A DNA stretch of 55,211 bases from an uncultured Veillonella sp. (GCA_900766125.1 CAAFUD010000261.1:1-55211), one strand, 5' to 3'. Positions 29,924-38,938 are shown, numbered from the stretch's first letter. The notes: generated by a model from the letters alone, not told the origin. Program-made: numbers and translations.

Positions 29924-30880
29924 ATGTATTCTGTTGCTTCTTTCTTTGCAGGTGTTGGTGGTATTGATTTAGGTTTTGAACTAACAAAACAAGCTCGCAC
30001 CATCTATGCAAATGAAATAGATCTATACCCTATACAAACGTTTGAAGCTAACTTTCCTATCAAAGTAGATCAAAGAGATATATGTGATGTTAAGGCTTCA
30101 GAAGTCCCTAATATAGATATTATTTTAGGTGGCTTTCCTTGTCAGGCTTTTTCTATTGCAGGTTATAGAAAAGGTTTTGAGGATGAAAAAGGTCGAGGTA
30201 CTCTCTTTTTTGAGATACTTAGAATTATTAAAGCTAAAAAACCAAAGGCTATTTTACTGGAAAATGTAAAAAACTTAGTTAGTCATGATAACGGAAATAC
30301 CTTTAGAGTAATTTTAGAAGCTCTAAAGGATGTTGGATACCATGTTAGATATGCTGTGCTTAACGCTATGGAATATGGCAATATTCCTCAAAATAGAGAA
30401 CGTATTTATATTGTGGGCTTTAGAACTAAAAAAGTATTTGAAAAATTTACATTCCCTGAACCAATTCCTTTAAAAAAGACGATTCATGATGTGATTGATT
30501 TTATCAACCCTGTTGATGAGAAATACTTGTACACTAAAGGAAAATATAAAGGAGATATATACGATAAACTCGTAGCAGCAATGGATGATTCTAATGCTGT
30601 ATATCAATGGCGTAGGAAATATGTCCGTAAAAATATGAGTGGCGTTGTGCCTACGTTGACGGCCAATCAAGGAGAAGGTGGTCATAATGTATGTCTTGTT
30701 AAAACAAAACAAGGTATACGAAAAATGACACCTAAAGAATGTTTTAATACACAAGGATTCCCAGAATCTTTTGTATTACCTGATATTGCTGATGGCCGAT
30801 TATATAAACAAGCAGGCAATAGTGTATGTGTATCGGTTGTTCAACGAATTGCTGAACAAATGTTAGTGGCAATGAAATAA
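29924..30880 (+). CDS. DNA (cytosine-5)-methyltransferase
   Basis: FAGVGG, GFPCQAFS, ENVKNL, QNRERIYIVG, YKQAGNSV. Confidence 0.96.
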   Translation: MYSVASFFAGVGGIDLGFELTKQARTIYANEIDLYPIQTFEANFPIKVDQRDICDVKASEVPNIDIILGGFPCQAFSIAGYRKGFEDEKGRGTLFFEILRIIKAKKPKAILLENVKNLVSHDNGNTFRVILEALKDVGYHVRYAVLNAMEYGNIPQNRERIYIVGFRTKKVFEKFTFPEPIPLKKTIHDVIDFINPVDEKYLYTKGKYKGDIYDKLVAAMDDSNAVYQWRRKYVRKNMSGVVPTLTANQGEGGHNVCLVKTKQGIRKMTPKECFNTQGFPESFVLPDIADGRLYKQAGNSVCVSVVQRIAEQMLVAMK

Positions 30881-31088
30881 TAAAAACCAAAGAGGTGAAA
30901 GCCTCTTTGGTTTTCTTCTTGACAAATTGTAGTTTATCATTAATAATGAGTATAAATATATACAGAAATGATATATTGACTTGCGGGAACAGGTTGATAT
31001 TGATAATACACACACTATTAGATTCACGAGGTAATTCTATCGCTAGATGAATCTAGCGATTTTTTTGTATCTATTTAGGAGGGGTAGA

Positions 31089-31460
31089 ATGCGAAAACTT
31101 TTATTACTATTAGGAATTATTTGTGTTTTTGTATTAAGTGGTTGCGGTAAATCTGATGATATTTCAGGAACTTGGGTCCCTAAAATGCCTGATAAAATTG
31201 CAATTACTAGTATTGAATTAGTTAAACAAAATGATTTTTCTTATAAAGGTACAATATCTTACAAGAATGGGAAACAAACTACATCTACTTTTAAATATGA
31301 TAAAGGATTAAATCTTATTGATGAAGATCCATCTGATGCTAAGAAGAATGAAAAACAAACTGGAATCCATGGAACATTAACAATGTGGTTTAATAAGGAT
31401 TTCACTGAAGCAAAAACAGATGATTCTGGAAAACCAGAATTTATGTTTATAAAAAAATAA
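31089..31460 (+). CDS. Lipoprotein of unknown function (exclusion protein candidate)
   Basis: AGGAGG RBS; MRKLLLL...LSG-C lipobox. Confidence 0.75.
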   Translation: MRKLLLLLGIICVFVLSGCGKSDDISGTWVPKMPDKIAITSIELVKQNDFSYKGTISYKNGKQTTSTFKYDKGLNLIDEDPSDAKKNEKQTGIHGTLTMWFNKDFTEAKTDDSGKPEFMFIKK

Positions 31461-31714
31461 AAGAACAAGTCCTATGAAGTTGGCGGGAACCTTCTTCATA
31501 GGGCGACGTTAGTACACACACTACTAATCCGCTTTTACTTGTTCTATGAAGGTTAGTATACCATACATAGGACATTTTAAGCTAGTGATTACAGGGTGTA
31601 GTCACTAGCTTTTTTATATTTTTGCATAAGTTTTTCTTATGCTGATTTGCAAATGCTTTATAATCGTATTGGGAATTATAAAGTTTTTGCAAGTTAGTAA
31701 TAGGAGGGTGTTGC

Positions 31715-32032
31715 ATGAAACAAGCTAACTTAGATTTCAATTATGAAATTTGCAAACAATTAAATGATGCATATCGTCATTTACATAACGAACCATATGC
31801 TATGTTAGGCGATTTACATTATTTCTTTTACTTTTCACCATCTAATTTTGAGCTATACGGCCTGTTAGTTAATATCTACGATAAAAGTATTATGGATACA
31901 TGGAAAACTGGCTTACAACTCAAAATAAGCGATATTTTGATTAGTTTATGGGAAGCGATGCGTATTCATGGCTTTTATCATAAACGGTTTAGAAATAAAC
32001 AAATGGAAAAAGCACTTGCTTTCTATCGGTAG
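31715..32032 (+). CDS. Hypothetical protein
   Basis: AGGAGG RBS, 105 aa. Confidence 0.55.
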   Translation: MKQANLDFNYEICKQLNDAYRHLHNEPYAMLGDLHYFFYFSPSNFELYGLLVNIYDKSIMDTWKTGLQLKISDILISLWEAMRIHGFYHKRFRNKQMEKALAFYR

Positions 32033-32064
32033 ATTTCTAATTATTGGCTGTATTACAATATTAT

Positions 32065-32570
32065 AAGAGAATACGTCGTTGTATAGACGGAACCAAGGTG
32101 GTAAGGAAGCACTTGTAAAACTTCACTTCGTAGTCCCCACGAATGTCAAAGGGGAGCAGCTAGGAACTTTAGCCATTCTGAAAGAATCTTTTTATCCCTG
32201 GTAGATCTTGCTGTGATGGGCGATGACGGCCTAAACGGTCTGGGTGGATGTTCTGATGCTTACGGGCATGGAGGTCTAGTGGAGTTCCTGGGCAGGACTG
32301 GGAAATGATGAAGCTAGATGGCGGAAACGCTAGGAGTCAGGGATTGATAGCAATGCGACGGCGAAACGGTGCCTGTTATTACTCTGCTCTCTTCCTACAG
32401 ATACACTTTATATTCCCTTTTGATTACCATTAAATCCAGTATAAAAAAGGGGCTAGTGCGCCTGTAGGGAGGGAGTTTTCCGCTTCCGCTCTGGCTCTAC
32501 AATACCTGTTAACACATCTGATTTACAGAATCAAGCAAAAACACTCGGCTGAACACCTCGTGTTTTTTAC
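32065..32570 (+). ncRNA. Candidate large structured RNA, family unassigned
   Basis: GC-rich island with no ORF in the track; GAAA-capped hairpins; 14-bp helix 32387-32400/32462-32475 with G-U pairs on +; terminator-like hairpin at 32537-32568. Boundaries are approximate. Confidence 0.65.
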
Positions 32571-32719
32571 TAGTAATTATTAACAAAAAGGATATTATAA
32601 ATATAAGAAAAAAGAACTAAAAAGCCTTGATTTAGCTGCTTTTTTAGTTCATATATAGTATAATATAAGTATACCTAATGCTATATTAATAGGTATTCTA
32701 ACTTATATTTTATATCAGT

Positions 32720-32755
32720 TTGTATATAATAGTGAGTTTAGTACATCTCTAAAAC
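32720..32755 (+). CRISPR. Orphan CRISPR repeat, about 4.8 kb upstream of the main array
   Basis: taatagtgagtttagtacatctctaaaac matches the 3' 29 nt of the array repeats. Confidence 0.8.
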
Positions 32756-32903
32756 AGCGCCTCTCGTTGCGTTATAGATACATAATAGTTACTGATATAG
32801 ATTAAGTTGGATTATGAAAAAACAAATGAGAGGCGCTGTTTTATATAAATAATTTAATTTATTTGTTGATTTATTGTTTTGAATATAAGCCCTGGAGGCA
32901 GTT

Positions 32904-34490
32904 ATGAATCATGTATTTGATCCAACACAAGAGCAGGTATTGATTATTAATAAATGCAAAGCGTTACAAAAAGGTGAAAAACTACGTGTAGCAGCTTTTG
33001 CAGGTGCGGGTAAAACTTCAACAATTATATTAATTGCAGATGCATTAAGTAAACAATATCGTAAAGGTATTTACTTGGCCTTTAATAAAGGAATTGCTGA
33101 AGAAGCTAAATCAAAGCTTCCTAATCATGTTGAAGCTAGAACCTTTCATAGTTTAGCGTATCGCCAGGTTAGCAAAAATATTATAAAAAAATTGCGTTAT
33201 ACGCATTTTTTTATGCTGAATAACTTTCTTGATTTTATTAATACTACACTTTCAGTACAAAAACTAACCTTTACTCAATATAATGAAATCTCAAAAAGAG
33301 AAGTAAAAGGAAGCATAACGTTAACGCCTGCTCGTCAATTTAATATTGTTAAGGCAGCTGTTGGTCTATATTGTCGTAGTGAAGATACTACACCTAAAAA
33401 ATGGATTATGGAATATGCTGCTAAACAAGTATTACCATATGATAATCTTATGCTAGATAAAAAAAGCATTAAGTGGTTAGAATCTAACTTATTTCCATAT
33501 GTAAAGTCTGTTTGGAAAGATTTTAAAAGTCCTAAAGGAATTTTTCAAATTCCTCATGATGTATATTTAAAAATCTTTGCACTAAAGGCTCCTCAATTAC
33601 CATATGATTATATTTTGTTCGATGAAGCACAAGATACAGATGGATTAATGCTATCTATTTTAAATGCTCAAACAAATACAAGAATTATATTTGTTGGTGA
33701 TCCATATCAACAAATATATGATTGGCGGGGCGCTGTTAATGCCATGGAACGCATTGATGGTGATATGTGTTACTTAACTAAATCGTTTAGATTTGGTGAA
33801 AATATTGCATCTGTAGCTGATTTATTTTTACATTATTTATCTTCCCCTGAAACCATTTCTGGTGGTAATCCAGATATTGGGCTAATAGATTCTGAAACAT
33901 TATATCCTGAAGATATTGATGTGATTTTAACACGTACTAATGCAGGGGCTATTAGTATAGCTATTGATTATATGTTGGAATATCCTGACAAAAGAATTAA
34001 TCTTCATAATTTAGATGGTTTAACTAATTTAGTTAACACTGTTAGAGATATTTCACATCTTAAAAAAGGCAATCCAGATATTGAAAATGAGGCCCTTAAA
34101 AACTTTGATTCTTATGACGAATTAGCTGAATACTGTATTGCGTTTAACGATTCTGATTTATGTCTTGCTTTTCTATTAGAAAAGTCACGTGGCTATAAAG
34201 CAGTAAAACAAGCTGTAGAAGAATGTCATTGTACAAATCCAGATGTATCTATAACTACAGTTCATAGATCCAAAGGATTAGAATGGAATAATGTTATGTT
34301 AGCAGCGGACTTTCAACCGATTAGCTATACAGTTAAAGAAGAAGGTGATAAACAAATTGTACGCATTAAAAATAACGCTGAATGTCGTTTGTTATATGTA
34401 GCTGTTACACGAGCCAAAAAGAAACTGTACATTGGTCATATTGCTCCATTAATTGAATCATTGAAAGGAGGTTCTATTAATTGTGACTAA
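32904..34490 (+). CDS. UvrD-like superfamily 1 helicase
   Basis: AFAGAGKTST, YLAFNK, DEAQD, VGDPYQQIY.WRGA, TVHRSKGLEW, LYVAVTRAK. Confidence 0.92.
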   Translation: MNHVFDPTQEQVLIINKCKALQKGEKLRVAAFAGAGKTSTIILIADALSKQYRKGIYLAFNKGIAEEAKSKLPNHVEARTFHSLAYRQVSKNIIKKLRYTHFFMLNNFLDFINTTLSVQKLTFTQYNEISKREVKGSITLTPARQFNIVKAAVGLYCRSEDTTPKKWIMEYAAKQVLPYDNLMLDKKSIKWLESNLFPYVKSVWKDFKSPKGIFQIPHDVYLKIFALKAPQLPYDYILFDEAQDTDGLMLSILNAQTNTRIIFVGDPYQQIYDWRGAVNAMERIDGDMCYLTKSFRFGENIASVADLFLHYLSSPETISGGNPDIGLIDSETLYPEDIDVILTRTNAGAISIAIDYMLEYPDKRINLHNLDGLTNLVNTVRDISHLKKGNPDIENEALKNFDSYDELAEYCIAFNDSDLCLAFLLEKSRGYKAVKQAVEECHCTNPDVSITTVHRSKGLEWNNVMLAADFQPISYTVKEEGDKQIVRIKNNAECRLLYVAVTRAKKKLYIGHIAPLIESLKGGSINCD

Positions 34491-34872
34491 TGAACAGCTT
34501 AAACAAGCGTTGTATATGAGTAAAATTGTTTTTAAGGTGCGGTTACGTCAATTAATGGATCGTGATCATTTGTTACAAAAAGAATTGGCTTCTGTTATTG
34601 ACGTATCCCCTATTCTTATTAGTAAATATGTATCAGGATCAGTATTTCCTAGATATAAAAAGCTATACATGATAGCAACCTTTTTCGGTGTTCCTTTAGA
34701 AGTTTTAGTAGGTCAAGATAAATTGACTGCATTATATTTAAACGAGCTACAACAATCTAATACATTTTTAAAATTTGATAATCTAAAAGCATCTCTACTT
34801 AATCAATTTGTTGATGCCTATAAGATCGATCCAATATTAGCTGTGAATGAATGCAGAGAAAATATTTATTAA
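34483..34872 (+). CDS. XRE-family HTH regulator
   Basis: RLRQLM...QKELA..IDVS...ISKY..G...P....L..IA.FFGVPLE.L. Confidence 0.85.
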   Translation: MTNEQLKQALYMSKIVFKVRLRQLMDRDHLLQKELASVIDVSPILISKYVSGSVFPRYKKLYMIATFFGVPLEVLVGQDKLTALYLNELQQSNTFLKFDNLKASLLNQFVDAYKIDPILAVNECRENIY

Positions 34873-34897
34873 TGTTGTATATTATATTAAAGAGTAA

Positions 34898-35146
34898 ATG
34901 TTTATGAATGAATATAAAAATATCAAACAACTAGGTCACTGTCCTATTTGTGGTTCTACAGAATTTATTGTTCTCGCAAAAGTAACTGGTATTGTACCTT
35001 TTGTACATAGTTTATCAGGAAAAGAATGTGAAAACGATGCTATGTATGATGGTTTAGCGTACTCTTATAATAAATGGTGCGTGTGTGCAGATTGTGGCAA
35101 AAGATTGTTTAAATATGCTGATTATATAGCTGATTTAATTGATTAA
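34898..35146 (+). CDS. Small zinc-ribbon protein
   Basis: CPICG ... CADCGKRLF. Confidence 0.65.
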   Translation: MFMNEYKNIKQLGHCPICGSTEFIVLAKVTGIVPFVHSLSGKECENDAMYDGLAYSYNKWCVCADCGKRLFKYADYIADLID

Positions 35147-35178
35147 AAGAAATATAGAAATGATAAAGAGGCTCTATT

Positions 35179-35646
35179 ATGAATGAAAAAGATATACAAT
35201 ATGTCCTTGGTAAACACTTGTTCTTAAATAATGTTTGTATCCCTAATGTTAGTATGTATTGTCCAGGTCATACTGAATATGAAGCTGATTTTGTGTATTT
35301 TTCTATGAAAACACAATTTTTAACAGAAGTTGAAATTAAAACGAATTTTCAAGATTTTAAGGATGACTTTAATAAAAAAAGGTATCACGACTGTAAAAAT
35401 GTCAAATATTTGTACTATGCGATGCCTAGAACTCTTTACAATAATTATCGTGAATTAATAGATGGTATGCTTGGCGATGCAGGCTTAATACTTATTGATG
35501 AAACGACTAGCCCTAATCATGATGTTCAATATAGCTTTGGTGGGTTCATCAAGCGAGCTAAAGAAAGAGAAAATTGGTATTCGTTAAGCCCTACTGGCTT
35601 GATGCACTATTTGCGTATTGGTTGCATGAAATGGGTAACACGATAG
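35179..35646 (+). CDS. PD-(D/E)XK-like (MmcB-related) nuclease-fold protein
   Basis: YEADF...EVEIK....DF..DF.K, YLYYAMP, AGLI. Confidence 0.65.
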   Translation: MNEKDIQYVLGKHLFLNNVCIPNVSMYCPGHTEYEADFVYFSMKTQFLTEVEIKTNFQDFKDDFNKKRYHDCKNVKYLYYAMPRTLYNNYRELIDGMLGDAGLILIDETTSPNHDVQYSFGGFIKRAKERENWYSLSPTGLMHYLRIGCMKWVTR

Positions 35647-35759
35647 CCTTGTATGAATTAATAAAATGTTAAATATATGAAATGATAAAATAATAAAAAT
35701 ATTAGTGTAATTATATTTTTCTATATAGAAATATAGAATATAAACCCGTGAGGTAATAA

Positions 35760-37463
35760 ATGAATAAGGTATCTATCACCAAAGTATTTAAATACCGCTG
35801 TTTTGAACCAGTTGAAGGATTAGCATTATTTGATGAAGCTCTTGATAATCGTCATATGTTGTGGAATAAATTAGTCGAAATTGATAGAAATTTTAGAGAA
35901 AAAAGCTCTCAAATCATTACGCCTATTCAAAGCGATTATCAAGTTCTTGATCAAAAAATTAAAAATTTACAAGATTCTATTAAAGCTATTAAGCGTAAAA
36001 CTAGATCAACTGCAAAAGAAGAAACACGTAACATTCAGGATACAATTAAAGAACTAAAAGTGAAGCGTAAAGAAGCATATCAAGAATTTAAACGGTTAAA
36101 ACATGAAGCGATTGAACGTGAAAAACCGCTACTTGATTGTCTTAATAATGAACGTAAAGAACAAGTTAAACAATTACGTTCTAAAAGTGGGTTACATGGC
36201 TTTAATTTTGACGATGTAATTCATAATATATATGACGTTGCTCGTGTTAAAGCGATGAAACAAGGTACTTTATTACGATTTAAACGATACTCAAAAAATG
36301 GGAAGATTGCTGTTAGACCCTATTCAAATTCCCCTTTATATGGAGCTGATATTCATAAAGTTAACACTATCTTTTATATAGAACCAGTCAATCAAGAACT
36401 ATATAATAGCCCTATTAGAGGGGTTAGAAAAAAAGCTAGTGTAACTCAATGTCATATTCGTGTGGGTTCTGCTGATAAGGGAAAACCTATTTTTGTTACA
36501 TTACCGATGGTATATCATCGTCCGTTACCTATGGATGGGAAAATCAATGCTATTAATGTTAAGCGTCATTATATTGATCACAAACCTATTTATGAATGCC
36601 TTATTACCGTAACCTATGTGATAGAAGCACCTGCCGTTAATCCTAGCTCCTGTGTGGCCGTCGATTTAGGATGGAGAATGACTAAGGATGGATTACGTGC
36701 TGCCTATGCAACTGATAAAGATAACAAGACGATGGAATGTATTGTTGCACAACGTCAATTAAATGAGTTTGATACCATTCGTGGATTATCATCTACTCGT
36801 CAAAAACACTTTAATGATTGTATTCATGTCATAAAAGCTTGGATAGCTAATAAAAATTTACCTGATTGGCTAATTGATGCAGTATCCTATATAGATAAAT
36901 GGAAATCATACACGCATATATTTGAACTATATAATGCTTTTTTACAACATGAAAAAAGTGGAAATCAAGAAATTGTATCTTATTTAGAAGCTTATATAGA
37001 AAGAGAAAATCACTTGCGAATTTGGCAATCTAATTTACAAGATCAAGTTATTGCTAAAAGAAACTATGAATATCAAAATTTTGCAGCTAAATTGGCTAAT
37101 ATGTATGATGTATTAGTAATAGAAAAGCTATCTATTACTGATATTGTTAAACATCAAAAAGCGATTATCGGTAGTCAACAATCTACAGCGTTAGATCGTA
37201 ACCGTACTATTGTAGCTCCTTATGTATTGAAAACAATTTTAATCAATGCATTTACAAGCAGGGGCAAACAGTTCGTTGAGGTGAATGCAAGTTATTCTAC
37301 TAAAGTTTGTCATCATTGTGGTGCATTAGAAGAAGTGCATCAATCTTCTATTATGCATACTTGTACACAATGCCATACCATTTGGGATCAAGATTATAAT
37401 GCGTGTATTAATCTTCTAGCTCTATATAATCATGATAATAAAGTAGGTGTTTCTTGTGTATGA
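35760..37463 (+). CDS. cas12m: Type V CRISPR effector, Cas12m (V-M / V-U1)-like, 567 aa
   Basis: Long N-terminal coiled coil; LRFKRY...G.IAV, RVGS...P.F..LP...HRPLP, VAVDLGWR, VLVIE, VAP..LK, CHHCG..CTQC..WDQD.NA; followed by a CRISPR array. Confidence 0.8.
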   Translation: MNKVSITKVFKYRCFEPVEGLALFDEALDNRHMLWNKLVEIDRNFREKSSQIITPIQSDYQVLDQKIKNLQDSIKAIKRKTRSTAKEETRNIQDTIKELKVKRKEAYQEFKRLKHEAIEREKPLLDCLNNERKEQVKQLRSKSGLHGFNFDDVIHNIYDVARVKAMKQGTLLRFKRYSKNGKIAVRPYSNSPLYGADIHKVNTIFYIEPVNQELYNSPIRGVRKKASVTQCHIRVGSADKGKPIFVTLPMVYHRPLPMDGKINAINVKRHYIDHKPIYECLITVTYVIEAPAVNPSSCVAVDLGWRMTKDGLRAAYATDKDNKTMECIVAQRQLNEFDTIRGLSSTRQKHFNDCIHVIKAWIANKNLPDWLIDAVSYIDKWKSYTHIFELYNAFLQHEKSGNQEIVSYLEAYIERENHLRIWQSNLQDQVIAKRNYEYQNFAAKLANMYDVLVIEKLSITDIVKHQKAIIGSQQSTALDRNRTIVAPYVLKTILINAFTSRGKQFVEVNASYSTKVCHHCGALEEVHQSSIMHTCTQCHTIWDQDYNACINLLALYNHDNKVGVSCV

Positions 37464-37556
37464 ATTATTAGCCATCCTTTTCATTATTTTTATCTGCGGT
37501 ATTATGGCTTTTCTTCTTATTCTTTTAACAGATCATTAATTTAACCTATATTTAGG

Positions 37557-37688
37557 TATTAAATAGTAATGAGTTTAGCATATCTCTAAAACCCGTTGTA
37601 TTCTTTGCTATTCTTGATACAAGATTAAGTAGTAGTGAGTTTAGCACGTTTCTAAAACTTTATACAAACATATGGAAATTTTGTTGTT
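37557..37688 (+). CRISPR. CRISPR array segment 1 (repeats 37557-37592 and 37623-37658)
   Basis: 36-nt repeats, consensus GTTTAAGTAGTAGTGAGTTTAGCACATCTCTAAAAC; 30-nt spacer between them; a truncated repeat start (tattaaaatagta) follows 30 nt after the second. Confidence 0.9.
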
Positions 37689-37717
37689 TATTAAAATAGT
37701 AAAGGTAGGTATTTTAT

Positions 37718-37882
37718 ATGAATGGTACATTAGCAGCCATTACTTCTTGCATTCTTTTGGTGCTATTAATCTTGAATATTACTCAAATGGAATTTAAGTT
37801 TGGTCTTAGCCCTTTTAGTATTCCAATTATCTTATCTAGTATTGCCCTTATCATTTATTTGGTTGTTAATTTTGTACTATAA
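37718..37882 (+). CDS. 54-aa two-TM membrane peptide embedded in the CRISPR array (not in the ORF track)
   Basis: AAGGTAGG RBS; MNGTLAAITSCILLVLLILNITQMEFKFGLSPFSIPIILSSIALIIYLVVNFVL*. Confidence 0.65.
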   Translation: MNGTLAAITSCILLVLLILNITQMEFKFGLSPFSIPIILSSIALIIYLVVNFVL

Positions 37883-37895
37883 CCACATATTTGGG

Positions 37896-38129
37896 GTTTA
37901 AGTAATAGTGAGTTTAGCACATCTCTAAAACAGTGATATAAGACAAAGTTGTCTAAGCCTGGTTTAAATAGTAGTGAGTTTAGCACATCTCTAAAACTTA
38001 AAAAGGCTTAACGTTAAAAGTTCTACTGTTTAAGTAATAGTGAGTTTAGCATATCTCTAAAACAAGTAACCATAGCCTAAATTTGATGCCTTCGTTTAAG
38101 TAGTAGTGAGTTTAGCACATTTCTAAAAC
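37896..38129 (+). CRISPR. CRISPR array segment 2 (repeats at 37896, 37962, 38028, 38094)
   Basis: Four 36-nt repeats at exact 66-nt period with three unique 30-nt spacers. Confidence 0.95.
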
Positions 38130-38185
38130 GATTGATACAGAAAGCCATACTATAATCATTATTTTATTAGAAAGAAGGTGAATAT

Positions 38186-38452
38186 ATGCTCTTATTGATA
38201 CTTCTATTTTGTATTGTTATTGCCATGGCAATTATTGTAAGCAAAATCAAATTTAATTTAAATTTAACTAATAAGGATATTTTAATTAGACTTGGATCTA
38301 TTATAGTATGTTGTGGTATTGCTTTGTTTTCAATTATCACACTTGGAATTATCATTAGCGAACTTGATTCGGGGACACAAGGATTTATTCTAACTATAAT
38401 TGCAAGTATTACATTATTCTTGGTGATTATTTTATTTGGAAGAAAAAATTAA
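38186..38452 (+). CDS. 88-aa three-TM membrane protein embedded in the CRISPR array
   Basis: GAAGGTG RBS; three hydrophobic stretches. Confidence 0.7.
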   Translation: MLLLILLFCIVIAMAIIVSKIKFNLNLTNKDILIRLGSIIVCCGIALFSIITLGIIISELDSGTQGFILTIIASITLFLVIILFGRKN

Positions 38453-38639
38453 TCTAATAATACATAAAAATATTAAATGATTAATATATTAGTATTTTTA
38501 TATATTATATATGGAGGCTAAATTATTTGTAGTTTATATATAATGCGTTTCGCTTTATGTGTAAGTACAGTGCATTTTCTGATAATTTAGTTTGGCCAGA
38601 AATTTAATCTCCCATAAGATTTCTGGCTTTCCTCCTATC

Positions 38640-38741
38640 TTTTTACTTGTAGTGAGTTTAGCACATCTCTAAAACTTCAAAAATTATAAAGATGTAATCG
38701 ACCATGGTTAAGTAGTAGTAAGTTTAGTACATCTCTAAAAC
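38640..38741 (+). CRISPR. CRISPR array segment 3 (repeats 38640-38675 and 38706-38741)
   Basis: Two repeats (first is 5'-degenerate) with a 30-nt spacer. Confidence 0.9.
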
Positions 38742-38938
38742 TACCACTGTTGTTTTTGTTGATTTAAAATATGAATATTTGATTATGATATAATTATAGT
38801 GGAAGGTACCTCCCTTCCATGTAGATAGAATATAAACCCTTTGAGGTATAATTACATACATATCTTTTAGGGATATTCTATCTGCATATTTGTATATGCA
38901 GATTTTTTATTGTGTAAGGGATTAGAAAGGATTGTTAG

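Noticed and set aside
32065..32570. Assignment of the GC-rich island to tRNA, rRNA, tmRNA, RNase P or a group I/II intron
   Set aside because: No cloverleaf or hallmark motifs recognised and no interrupted gene; left unassigned.
37464..37556. tracrRNA or anti-repeat next to cas12m
   Set aside because: No extended complement to the repeat seen here; characterised Cas12m does not need tracrRNA.
37998..38093. Weak similarity of spacer 4 to rep (18/30) and of spacer 5 (reverse complement) to GYG-coding stretches in trbE and the SLT-TrbL gene
   Set aside because: Too low for AT-rich DNA; I found no full self-target for any spacer by eye.
38130..38159. TTGATA...TATAAT in the 30 nt after the repeat at 38094, as a promoter for the 88-aa gene
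   Set aside because: Spacing is 13 bp, not 16-18; cannot be supported without TSS data.
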